A stretch of DNA of 64,000 bases from Camelus ferus (lineage: Eukaryota). The stretch lies in contig NC_045697.1 of assembly GCF_009834535.1 (NCBI RefSeq), forward strand, positions 2,048,001 through 2,112,000, in the 5' to 3' direction. The position numbers were made by a program, and so were the translations under genes. Numbering within the stretch: position 1 is the stretch's first letter; each line of letters opens with the position of its first letter. Below, piece by piece: positions 23,500 to 34,225 of the stretch. Below the pieces are notes generated by a model. It was not told the DNA's origin. It was given only the letters and a program-made list of their open reading frames with translations, and did no database searches.

Positions 23500-24550
23500 G
23501 TTTTAGTTATTTTACTTGTTATGTGGCATTTCATTATGTCTATGCCACAGTTTTTTATCCACTCTGCTGTTACCGGGCACTCGGTGGAAGGTGGGAACAG
23601 CCATCTCTGAGCGGAGCTTCCGTGGACACTGCCACACAGGTGTCCTTGCACCCACCCGGGGCTGTGGGCAGTGATCCAGGAGCAAGGAGGCTGCGACAGG
23701 CACGGCCGAGCGCCACTCAGGCTCTGGTCACCAGCAGGACATGGGTCCCTGTGACCTCCTGCTCACCAACGCTTGGTACTGTTAATCTTGAATTTGTCCC
23801 TGTTCCAGTAAAATGCCAGCTTGTTTGAATCTGCATTTCACTGACTGTGAGTGAGGTTGAGCATCACATCATGGGTTCTTTGTCTATTCAAGTGTTTTCC
23901 TTTTTGAATTAGTAGCCTATACATATCCTTCTCCTAGTTCTAAAATTTTTTATTTAATTTATTTTATTACTTTAAAAATAGATTTTATAGCAATTTTCTT
24001 TTTTAATATATTTTGGGTACAGATCCTTGGTCAGAGAAATGTTTTGAAGATCTTCTCTGTGACTAATGTCTATGTTTGTTTAGGACGTTTTTATATATTT
24101 TTTTAATTGCAGTAAAATATAATATAAAATTTACCATTTTAAGTGTCCAGTTCAGTGGCAGTAAGTACGTGCACATCATTTGCAACTGTCTGCCATCAGC
24201 TCCAGAGCTCTTCCGTCCTCCCCGGCTGAAACTCATGCCCCAGGCCCCTCCCTGGCCTCTGGCTCTCAGCATCTGACTTTCTGTCTCTATGAACTTGACT
24301 GGTCTCATCTAATCATACGCTATTTGTCCTTGTGTGTCTGGCTTTTTTCACTGAGCACAGTAACTTCACGGTTCACCCAGGTTGTAGCAGGTGTCAGAAT
24401 TTTCTTCCTTTTAAAGGCTGAATAATACTCCACTGTGTGGCTGGACCATGTCCTGTTTGCCCGTTTGTCTGTGATGGACTCTGGGGTGGCCCCAACTCTG
24501 CCTGATGTGGATGCTGCTGCTTTGAATACAAGTGTACAGACATCTGTCTG
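23500..24550 (-). mobile_element. Old L1 fragments (L1ME-like, then L1MB-like 3' end from about 24095)
   Basis: tgcatttcactgactgtgagtgaggttgagcatc, ataaaatttaccattttaagtg, ttaaaggctgaataatactccactgtgtgg. Confidence 0.7.
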
Positions 24551-25599
24551 AGTTCAGTGATGTTTTAAAAGTTAACTGTGAGATATTTCTTACAGACACA
24601 ATAACAATTATCTGGAATAAATTGACTGGTTTTTTGCGGGGGAGTGTAAAACAGTATGTTAATTTGTGTTCTGATGCAGAATTGGAATCATTGGCTGTTA
24701 GAGCTGGAAGGGCCTCGGATTCACCTCCTTTTCCAGAGGAGAGAAGGGGGACTCATTCGGAGGGTTTTCAGAGAGTCTGGGTGCGGGTTGCAGGGCTGGG
24801 CGGGGTGTGTGGACAGGGTGGGTGGCTGGAGTGGGTCCCGGGCAGGGGAAGGAACCCTGCCCATGGGGCCCAGGGCTCTGGGGTCCCTCCGGCAGGGGGT
24901 CTCAGCCCCACCTGCGTTCTCCCTTCAGGAGTTTCGCCAGGCGTTGTCTCTGCGTTTTCCTGGGAGAAGGGTCTCTTCAGGGGCCTGAGCCCCGAGAGGT
25001 TTAGCGGTGGCTTGGGACCAGCCCCCAGGCCCTGCAGTCACGTTCCCTCTCCTCATGACAAACAGCCAGGGGTCTGCTGTCACTGGCAGGCTAACTGAGG
25101 ACAGGCTGACACCTCCTGTCTCTCCCTGACCGTCTCCATCTCTTCAGCAGGTGTGAGACATCCCCACTCCTGGTCCTCACAACCGTGCCTGGGCCCCTCC
25201 CAGAGGCTCCGGCTTTCACATCTCGCCTTTAACGGTCCTCAGTCATCCTGGGCCTGCTAGTCATAGTCACCCTGCCCAGCTCCACTGCACAAGTCCAGTT
25301 TCCAGCCCACTTTCTGGAGTGCTCGAGATACCAGGGTCTTGGGTTGAGCTCCCTGGAGCAGACTCAGACTGGGGCCATCTAAACAGTGGGGTGAGGAGGG
25401 CCTGGTAAGGACCCGCGTGTAGCAGGGTGATAAATAGCCAGTGTTTCAGGTCAATCCTAATGAGCTGTGACTGTGTAAAGCAGAACTAACTCTGTTTTGT
25501 TTGGTTTAAAAATATGTAAAATTAAATGACACCACAGCAGCGAGTGAGCACGGGGACGGAGGTAAATGGAGTTCGGTGTTTCCGGGTGCTTACCTGGGC

Positions 25600-28492
25600 G
25601 AGGGAGAGGAGGAAGGTGTAATAAAATGTGATTTTTATAAGAGAAGGATGCACAGTGTAATCTCCAGAGCAACCTAAGACAGTAAAATAATGGCTAAATT
25701 TTAAATTAATAGAAGGAAAAATGGAATAATAAAAAATGTTGAATTTGAAAGAAGGTGAGAGAGGAGGGAAAGGGGGTCGGAGGGTAGAGATCATGAAGAA
25801 CCCTGCCATTATGGGGTCAAGGCCAGCTGTGCCAGTGGTCACATCCACGGTAAAGGAATCAGATATTCCAGTGAAAAAGGGAAGGCTGTCAGACGGCATT
25901 AAAAATCTGGTCATGCTGCTTACTCGGGGCACAACTAAGATTTAAGGAGACGGAAATGTGAATACAAGAGCAGAGGACACCGCGTGGTACCAGTCGGAGG
26001 GGTGGCAACGCAGCTGTGTGTGTCCTCCGAGAGACGAGCCTTTGCCACGGTAAAGGCGGCAGGAAGGTACAGCTCTAATCTGCATCTGTTCAGCGACACA
26101 GTCTCAACATGCTACAGCAAAAATGGGCAGAAGTGGGGACAGAAACGGGCCAACCTGTACTCACAGCAGGAGATTCTTAAACTCCCTGCTCAGTAACTGG
26201 TGGACCTGACAGGGAAAGCTCGGTCAGAGCTAGGCGATCTGGACCACTTGGCCTGCCGGCCTTCCAGGTGGCGCTGAGCTCGATGACGCGTCCCTCCCAC
26301 CCTTGGAACTTGGACGGAGGCTGACCACTTGCTGGGCCGTAAGCAGGTCTCAACAAATAAGGACATCTCCCCACCCGGAGCCTGTCCTGACCACAGGCAG
26401 GTGTAGCCAGAACCAGCGGCAAAGAGCAGGCGCTGCAGCCCTGGGCCAGCTGCTGGGCGACCCAGAGTCAGAAGAGTCACTTTGGAAGCCAGAACATGCT
26501 GAGTGGAATGAGAATTCAGCTAATCCTGTGCGTAGGACCGCCCGTGGCTTTACGATGCATGTGTTAGAAATGAAGGGAAGTGGCGGGGAGGGCACAGCTC
26601 AGCAGTAGAGCACGTGCCTAGCACACACGAGGTCCTGGGTTCCATCCCCAGTGCCTCCATCAAAATAAATAAATAAACCTAATAACCTCCGCCAAAACAA
26701 ACACAAAATAAATAAAAAGAAAACCAAATATATATAATTATTTAAAAAAAAGAAAATACTAAAAAATTAGCTAAAATAAAAAAAGAAATGAAGGATAGTG
26801 GAAAGGATAGAAAAATTGCTGTAAAACAGACACAAGGTCAGTAGAAGCTGGACAGCAGTGAAGGGCAGAGCAGGAGTTAGTGAGACAGAGACCTAACAAA
26901 CAGACCATCGAGGAGTCAGCAAAGAAGGGTGACTTTCCAGCTCCCTGTGTAAGGCCTCCCAAGCCCTGGCTCCAGCACCTGCAGACACGGCAGAGGAAGG
27001 CAGGGTTTTGGAGGCTCACCGCTGAGCGTGGGTGGGCGGTCCTGAACCCCAGCAGGTCGCCTGGGTCCCGATGTTCATGTTTGTTCCAAGGACGCAGTAG
27101 TTTTTTTAACTTTTGAAAATCAGACAGTGTAAGTTACCACATTAATAAAATAAAAAAAGCATGTGTCCTCGCAGCAGAAGCAGGAAAGGCATTTGGTAAA
27201 ATTCAGTATCTGTTCTTGGGGGAAGAAAAGCTCAGCAAAACAGGGAGTAAGGGCAGCCTCCTTGGTCTGCTAAGGGCGTAAGGCAGCGTCTTCAGACGTC
27301 AGCCTCCCTCTGGGACCGGGAGCGAGGGAAGCTGTCTGCGGTTACCTCTCGTGTGTAAGTGTTCACTGCAGGTCCCAGTCAGCATACTGAGAAGGGAAGA
27401 CAACGGAAGTTAAAAACTTGCAAAGGAAAATGCAGTGTTATCATTCTCACCGTGGTGTGATTGTAGCATGGAAAATCCAAAAGAATCTATGGATTTATTA
27501 TTAAAATTAAGGAATAAGTTTAGCCAAGATTGCTGGTTATATGGTCAATATACAAAAATCAGTTGTGGATGCAGTTAGAAAATGACATAGATTCAATATA
27601 ATTTTAATGAAAATCCCAACAGGTGGTTTTTGGAGCTTAAGGTGATTCCAGAAATTTCCTAGAAATGCGAAGGGCAAAGTGTAGCCAAGATACTCTTGAA
27701 GAAGAATAGATAGGAAGACTTTTTTGGTCAGCTGTTGGAATTTATGATCAAGTTAGAGTGATGTAAAATGTAAGAGGTGGCACACGGATAGACAGACAGA
27801 CGTGGAGTAGCAGAGAGAGCCCAGACAGACGCGGCCACCGCGGACCCTCGGGCTGTGAGCGCCGAGCAGGGATGGTGGTGCTGGAATAAGTGGAGGTCTC
27901 CATGGAAAAAGAGAGAAAGAGCTCGACTCTCCCCCCGACTCTCCCCCGTGCCGTGCACGCAGTCATCGCAGATCCGACTGGCGGCACAGAGCCAGTAGAG
28001 GGCACAGTAGTCGCACGTCTTCATGGTTGGGGAGGGAGCGACTTTTTAAGCTGAGCACAAAAAGCGCTGACCACAAAGGGCAGGACTGACTCTGACTTGG
28101 CGAATGCTCGGAACCTGCTTCACCCCAACGCACGTCCCTGGAGCGCGAGCAGGGCCATCAGCCATGCAATGAGACAAGTGTCGTGTGCACGTGCCAGGAG
28201 AAGTGCGCGAGAGTTCAGGACAGACTGACTCGGGTACTGGAAGTCTCTGCGGCTGCCTCGTAACATGGACCGGGGTCCCAGACAGAAGGTAGATGCAGAA
28301 GAACATGTCTGCACGGTTCCATTCGTGCCGCCGTGGCTTTTGGTGGTGTGTCCCGTGTAGGACTGTGGAGAGAAGTGGAACGTGGTTACGCTTTTCCTTG
28401 TGACCTGGCAGGGGCTATGTGGGCTCCCCTCTGTGATAAACCACTGTATTCCGCTTGTGCTTTTTTCGGAATTTGTGCTACTTTCAATAAAA
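25600..28492 (+). mobile_element. Long degraded ancient L1 (ORF2 to 3' end) interrupted by a SINE
   Basis: Collinear L1 motifs: aggcatttggtaaaattcag, ggtcaatatacaaaaatcagttg, aaaatcccaacagg, gccaagatactcttgaagaagaa. Terminal tttcaataaaa at about 28490. Confidence 0.7.
26585..26783 (+). mobile_element. tRNA-derived SINE (camelid Vic-1 type)
   Basis: A box (agctcagcagtagag), B box-like ggttccatccc, A-rich tail. TSD AGAAATGAAGGnnAGTGG at 26566-26583 and 26784-26801. Confidence 0.9.
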
Positions 28493-28696
28493 GTGATGGG
28501 CGTGGTCAGTGTCTCCTCCAGCCCCGGGACTGCTGGAGTGGGCAGTGCTGACCACCAGGGTTAGGGCTTCGCTGGTGGGCCTGAGAGGGGAACTGGGCCC
28601 AGGGACCAAGGGTGTGTGGGGATGGGAAGGTCCTTGTGGGCTGGGGTCCTCTTTGAAGGGCTCTCGAGACAGGAGGTGGAGGTCAGAGGATGAGAT

Positions 28697-28710
28697 GTTG
28701 CTATGGAAAC
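28697..28710. promoter_or_regulatory. RFX X-box motif GTTGCTATGGAAAC
   Basis: 14-bp imperfect palindrome matching the RFX consensus GTTRCYATGGHAAC. Function not shown. Confidence 0.45.
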
Positions 28711-31700
28711 GTCAGAGGTGAGTTTGTGTGTTTTGGTCGTGACGTGGTGGGTAGTGACCCGAGGGGCTGGGTAGGAAGGGTGTCCTCTGCCCTCAGTGTG
28801 TCCAGTCAGCCACAGAAAGAGGTCTTAGCACTTGTGAGATGTCTTCAAGGTGCCGAGCCGAGGCCATCTGGGGGACCCAGGTGCAGGGGTCCCGCTGAGC
28901 TGAACGGCACAGACCTAAAAGGGAACTCTGCCCCCGAGCCCGGTGTGGAGCCGTGCTGTGCTGGGAGCTGGGCTGATCCTGCAGACTGTTCGCTGGGGTT
29001 CCTCCATGAGCTCACTCCTTCAAGGGCTGTGGCCTGTGCTGGTGCCTCCCACCTGAGATGGGCAGGTACAGTTGGCGGGGGCTGGCAGTGCCAGGCCTGG
29101 ACAGCAGGGGGCGCTGAGGCCTGGAGTTTCTCCTGGTGGGAGAGGGGGCGCGGGACGGGAGAGGGAGCGCAGGGGGGGCTTTGCGGTCCCTCTGATGCTG
29201 AGTTTGAGTGTCAGAGGCAGGCAGGGCCCCAGCTAGACCTGAGACTCCGGGTGCAGCCGCCTGTCGACCTGGCTCACTCCTTCCAGCCTCTGGCTCGCCT
29301 CTGGGACACTCTGGGCAATTTAGGAATTCACATTATCTGGGATGAAATCTACACTAGTTCAAAACCAGCTCTTTTTACCTATTTCTTAGTTTGCTATTTT
29401 GCTATTTCTAGGGGGATCTAACTTAGAAGTTTTTCTTACTTTAGTCTTTCACATGCTAGTTTCCTCTTTAAACTATTCACGCAGGAAATTATCTTAATAC
29501 TCTTTAAGATTCTGTTAACTCAGGGGCATGCATACACTAGCGCTTAGTGCTGGGAGTGTTTCCTCACTCAGTGACTCTTTATTGAACACCTACTGTGTGC
29601 AGATGTGTTTCTGGCTCTGTGGACAGCGGTGGACAAAACTGACATCAACTCCTGCCCAGAGAAGCTGGCCTCCCAGCTGGGATGGATGAGCCACACACGA
29701 GGTTGGGGAGGTGGGCGGGGCAGCATCGGGAGCCAGCTCTGGAAAGGGTCCCTCTGCCTGCTGGGCCCAGAATGAATGGTGGGGGCGTGGGGCAGGGTGG
29801 GGCAGTTAGGAGGGTGAGGTGGGTGTTGTGGGGTCGGGGCTTGGGCCAGGTGGATGGCGAATGGTCAGACATCTCACCTTGCGTCAGGGGTGGAGAGCTG
29901 CACGGGGCGGGGAGAGACTCAAGGGTCCCACCACGGGGGTCACAGCCGAGGCCCTGAGCCCGCTGCAGGAGGTCCCCAGGGGCCCTCCCTAGTCTCTCCT
30001 TATACCCACTTGACTTCTTCCCCTGGAAGTCTTGGGCATCCTTGGGTGTGGTCTGACCCTCGCCCCTTGTCCTGCTCAGGCTGGCCTCCTTAGGCAGAAG
30101 AGGGAACCGGGAGGGCTGTCAGGAGCTGCCTCTGAGGTCGTCCGCACTTCGTCTCCTGCGCTGTTACTTTGAACCTTTAGTAAAGCGTGTGTGTCTGTCC
30201 CTCCCAGCCCAGCCGTGCCCAGGACTGGCGGCAGCCTCAGGAAGTCCTAATGGGTCCAGGACGTTAAGGAGGAGGTGTCGCTCCCCAGGACTGGTGTGGG
30301 GCTGGGGACAGAGGCTAGTGAAGAGCCTGGGGAGGCAGGTAATAGTGTAGAGGGGACCCAGGACAAAGGAGGTGCTCTTTGGCTGGCCCCGACACCCCCG
30401 CCCACAGGCCATTTCACTGGAACTTTGCCGCTGGCCAGGCCCCTGGCCCAGGACTTAGCTCAAGAGGGTTCTCGCGCTGCCTGGCTGCCCTGTTCCTGCG
30501 GGGATGCCCTCTGCACCCCTTCTCTGTCCACCTGGCTGGACCCTCCCTGTCACCCTTGCGGAGCTGCTCTGACCTGGTCTGCTTCCCAGGGCCTCTCAGC
30601 ACAGTCTTGTGGGTGGGCACGGGCCAAGGGAACGGACACCTCTGGACTCCTGCAGCCCTGGGACTCGCCCTGGGTGCTGTCACCCGGTTTCCAGGGTGCC
30701 CACTGAGGCCCCGCTGCTTCCCAGTCACTTGCATTCTTGCTGGAGTCGCTAACAGTGTCACCCATAGAGGGAACCCAGTGGACCTGGGGCTGGGGCTGAG
30801 AAGGACTCGGCTGTGAGCTGGCGCGCTCCCGTGGCCTCTCCACTGCTGGCCATCCTGCAGGGCCCAGCTGGGCAGCTCCACACCACATGCCGCCATCAGC
30901 CTTGTCTTCTCGTGCCCAAATGGCCAGTTGGCTGGATTTTTTAGGGGCAGTGCTGGGCTTCGTAGGCACAGGTCTGAACCAGGCCCCAACCTGGCCCTGA
31001 GTCAACACCCCCATCAGAAAGAAGAGGTTGTGATGGGGAGAGTGGTGGTGCTTGGAATGTCTGGTCACTCACTCCGAGGGCCTGGGGCCTCTCCTTCCCC
31101 AGGAAGCCAGCCAGGCTCTGGGCCGCAGAGGGTGCCACCTGGCACAGGGCAGTTTGTGGCCAAATTCTTGTCCTATCCTTTCCCTCTCCTGTCCCTGCAG
31201 ACAGCAGAGGAGGGGGTAGATTGACAGCAGAAGAGGAGATGGTGAAGCCCAAGGAGACAGAGAGACCCAGAGGCAACAGCTGCGTGTGGACCCTGTTAGG
31301 CCTGGGCCGCCTTCCGGTGAAACAGCGTGAAACACAGACAGGATGAACCTATGCTGCTTCTGTGGGGACCCGGTTGTTTCTGCCTGAAGTTAGAATTAAG
31401 ACAAGGCGGCTCAGCCCCTGGGTGCTGGCTTTTCCCATGGGCCCAGTGGGAGGTTCTGTGCTTGCCCTGTGGGCGTGGCCTGCCCGGCAGCCCCTGTCCG
31501 TTCTTGGTCCCCCGTGGTTGTCACCAGGGTCTGACGGGCTCCCCCACTGCCCCCTCCAGACCCTATGAGTCAGTACAGGCCCCTAGGAAGTCAGAGATAA
31601 TGAGGGCCACAGGGCCACAGGCTCGGCTGCCCACTGCGAAACCACGTGGTCACCTTTCCAGAGCCCTCGAGGCGTGTTCTCTGAACGTGTGTGTGCGTAT

Positions 31701-32799
31701 GCGCACGTGTGAGTGTGCGTGTGCGTGTCGGAAGGTGAAGCTCGGGAGAGGGAGGGAGACCACCGTGTCCAGTTTGTCTGCCCTGGGCCTGGCTGGGTCC
31801 CGTGTCTCAGCCTCTGGGCCACCAGCTCACGCCACACAGTGTTTTCACCTCAAGGTGGCTCAGGGTGGGATCAAAGGTGACGTCCGGTGCCCGGAGGGCC
31901 TGGCTGTAAGGGCATCCCCGGCTCTGCTCTCCTGAAAGGTGGGGCCCTGCCAAGGAAAGTGCTCTGAGGCCCCTCCAGGCAGGCACCACAGGGCCCCGGG
32001 GAGCCCGGGGCCGAGGACAAAGCACTTGGGGCTGGAAGGAACTGGAAGGAGAGGCTTTCTGTGTCCTTGACCCGCTTCCAGGGAAGGGCGCCTGCTGGTG
32101 CCCTGCGCCTCTTCCTTAGTCCTGGTTCCTCCGCGCGGCCGCCCCTCGGTCCCCAGGCCAGGCCGCAGGCCCCTCCTCCTGGCTGGCCCATCACAGCCTC
32201 CAAGTCTCCAGTGCACCAGGCTGGCGTCCCTGGTGCTCAGTGGTGGTGCAGGGGTGGCCATAGTGGCCTCTGCTCCTTCCTGCCCCTGCTTCCACACGTG
32301 CCGTGCAGGGATCTCTGGAGAGAAGCTGCCTGAGGAGGCTTCAGCCGGCGCCGCGTCTGGTCTGTGAGTGCCACCTGAGGCCATTTCTGTAGCAGACCCG
32401 GCCGCATGCCCAGGGGCAGAGTCTCTGCGCTGGACACTCTGGAGGGCTGCGTTCATGCTGCCCCGTGGAAAGCCGAGTGAGGTGGGCTCAGCATTCCAGC
32501 TGGTGACCCCAAACTGGAGGCCGCCATCCCTGCCCACTGGCCCTGGGGCTGCACCCACAGTCATGGACAAAATACTCCCTGAGGTCTGCTCTGGCCTCAC
32601 CTTCTAGGAGGGAGGGGAGGTCCTGGAGCGGCTCAGCTGGGACCCCGGGCATCGCTGCTGAGAGATTTGGACAACGAAGCACTTCGGGGTGAGCAGTTTA
32701 GCCCGCATCTCCAGAAAGCCTGTGGCTAGCTTTGCAGTGACACCTAGGTTCTGGAAACAGCTTTCGTTTTCTTTCCTTCTTCCTTTCGTAAACCAGGAC

Positions 32800-33344
32800 C
32801 CGCCGCGGTTCCTCACTTGCAGGTTGTGTCAGGTGTCAGCGGGCAGACAGGGCAGAGGTGGGACAGAGCTGGGTGCCTTGAGACGGCTCCCAGGGTGCGG
32901 CGGGCTCCGGGGCTGGCGCCGTGCACACGCGTGCACACGGGGGCTGAGAGTGGAGCCGTCAGCAGCTGTGATGAAGGCTGCGGACGGCACCCTGCCGCTG
33001 AAGGCCGGGTCTTTGCAGCTGCTTGCTGGCTGAGAAATCGCCCCTCCCAGCTGAAGTCTTACTCTTCTGATTTTTAGAGGAAATGCTTTAAAAATGATCT
33101 CACAGCGTGGTTTATGTAAACGGCTTTTCTTTTTTTTGTCCGAGACAATTGAGATAGAGTCTGAATCCTTGGCAAACCACAGCTTCCTGCAGTGTCCTGT
33201 TGCCATGGGTTACGAAGGGAGAGGACTGGAACTTCATCCGAAATGTCTTTAAACTTTCTGACGTGCACAGGCGCGCGGCGGGGCTAGGTGGTGCATTTCA
33301 GAGCTGCGTGCCGGGTGCTGGTCGGACGCTTCTCCAGTCTTAAG
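32800..33344 (+). promoter_or_regulatory. RGS12: Putative internal promoter and 5' UTR of the short RGS12 isoform
   Basis: CpG-rich non-repeat sequence directly upstream of the alternative first coding exon. X-box-like GTTGCCATGGGTTAC (33199-33213), TGTAAAC and TGACGTG motifs. Boundaries approximate. Confidence 0.55.
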
Positions 33345-33398
33345 ATGGATTTGGAAGAGGGGTTGCCAAAGGAAACCCCCGTCTTAAACAGTCAGCAG
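33345..33398 (+). CDS. RGS12: Alternative first coding exon of the PDZ/PTB-less short RGS12 isoform (MDLEEGLPKETPVLNSQQ)
   Basis: Strong Kozak aagATGG, 18 codons, perfect donor CAG|GTAAGT, phase 0 compatible with the micro-exon. Same length and pattern as the recalled human alternative N-terminus MNLGKELSNETHVSNDQQ. Confidence 0.85.
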
Positions 33399-33949
33399 GT
33401 AAGTGACTCCAGATGTCTCTTTTCACTTAAACAGAATTGTTGTAAGGAAACTTGGCATCTTGGTTTCTGCTTTACCTTCAGCCTGTTTAGTGAATGGTAG
33501 CTTTTAGGTATAAACTTGGAAAACATTTATCTTATGCCTGCATCCTGGAGCCTGAAGTGAGTCCCGCAGAGGGAGAAGCCGGCTCTGCGGCCACAGATCA
33601 GCACCCGGAGCGAGGCTGGTGGCAGCCGGTCCAGTCTAGCCTCTGGGTGAGGGGGAAGCTGCCTGCATCCTCTGTCAGCCTTACAGGAAGCATCAGTGTT
33701 TTTCTGGTCCTTACCAGAGTAATTCAAACAGATTTTCAGGATGAGTGAATTAATTTTGTTGACAGATTCAGTTTCAGCTGCATGAATGTATTAAAATGCA
33801 CCATGTTCTTTAAATGACTACTTTCTAGCATTTTTTACTGTGATGAGATGGCTGTGGCTCACATACATACATGGGGACCACTGGTCATCGTGCCGAGTGA
33901 TTGATCAATATCTGAGCTTATAAAGGTGAACTTACTAGAAAATGTTTTT

Positions 33950-34052
33950 TAATTAATTTATTTTTATTTATTTTTAAAATTTTGTTGGGGGGGGTAATTA
34001 CGTTCATTTATTATTTTTTTAATGGAGGTACTGGGGATTGCATCCAGGACCT
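33950..34052 (-). mobile_element. 5'-truncated Vic-1-type SINE
   Basis: Reverse complement reads gaggtcctggatgcaatccccagtacctccatt plus A-rich tail. TSD-like AA(A/G)TGTTTTTT on both sides. Confidence 0.85.
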
Positions 34053-34087
34053 CCCCACCAAAGTGTTTTTTTTTAAGGTGTGAGACT

Positions 34088-34225
34088 GGGGAGGAGGGTA
34101 CAGCTCAGTGGTAGAGTGCCTGCCTAACACACACAAGGTCCTGGTTTCAATCCCCAGTACCTCCACAAATAAATAAATAAACCTAACTACTTCCCCCCAA
34201 AAAAATTTTAAAAAAAATAAAATAA
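34088..34225 (+). mobile_element. Vic-1-type tRNA-derived SINE
   Basis: agctcagtggtagag A box, gtttcaatccc B box, A tail. TSD AAGGTGTGAGA at 34075-34085 and 34226-34236. Confidence 0.92.

Noticed and set aside
26585..26660. tRNA-Ala-like sequences (also at 34088 and about 57490) as tRNA genes
   Set aside because: They have A-rich tails, TSDs and degenerate stems, so they are SINE heads.
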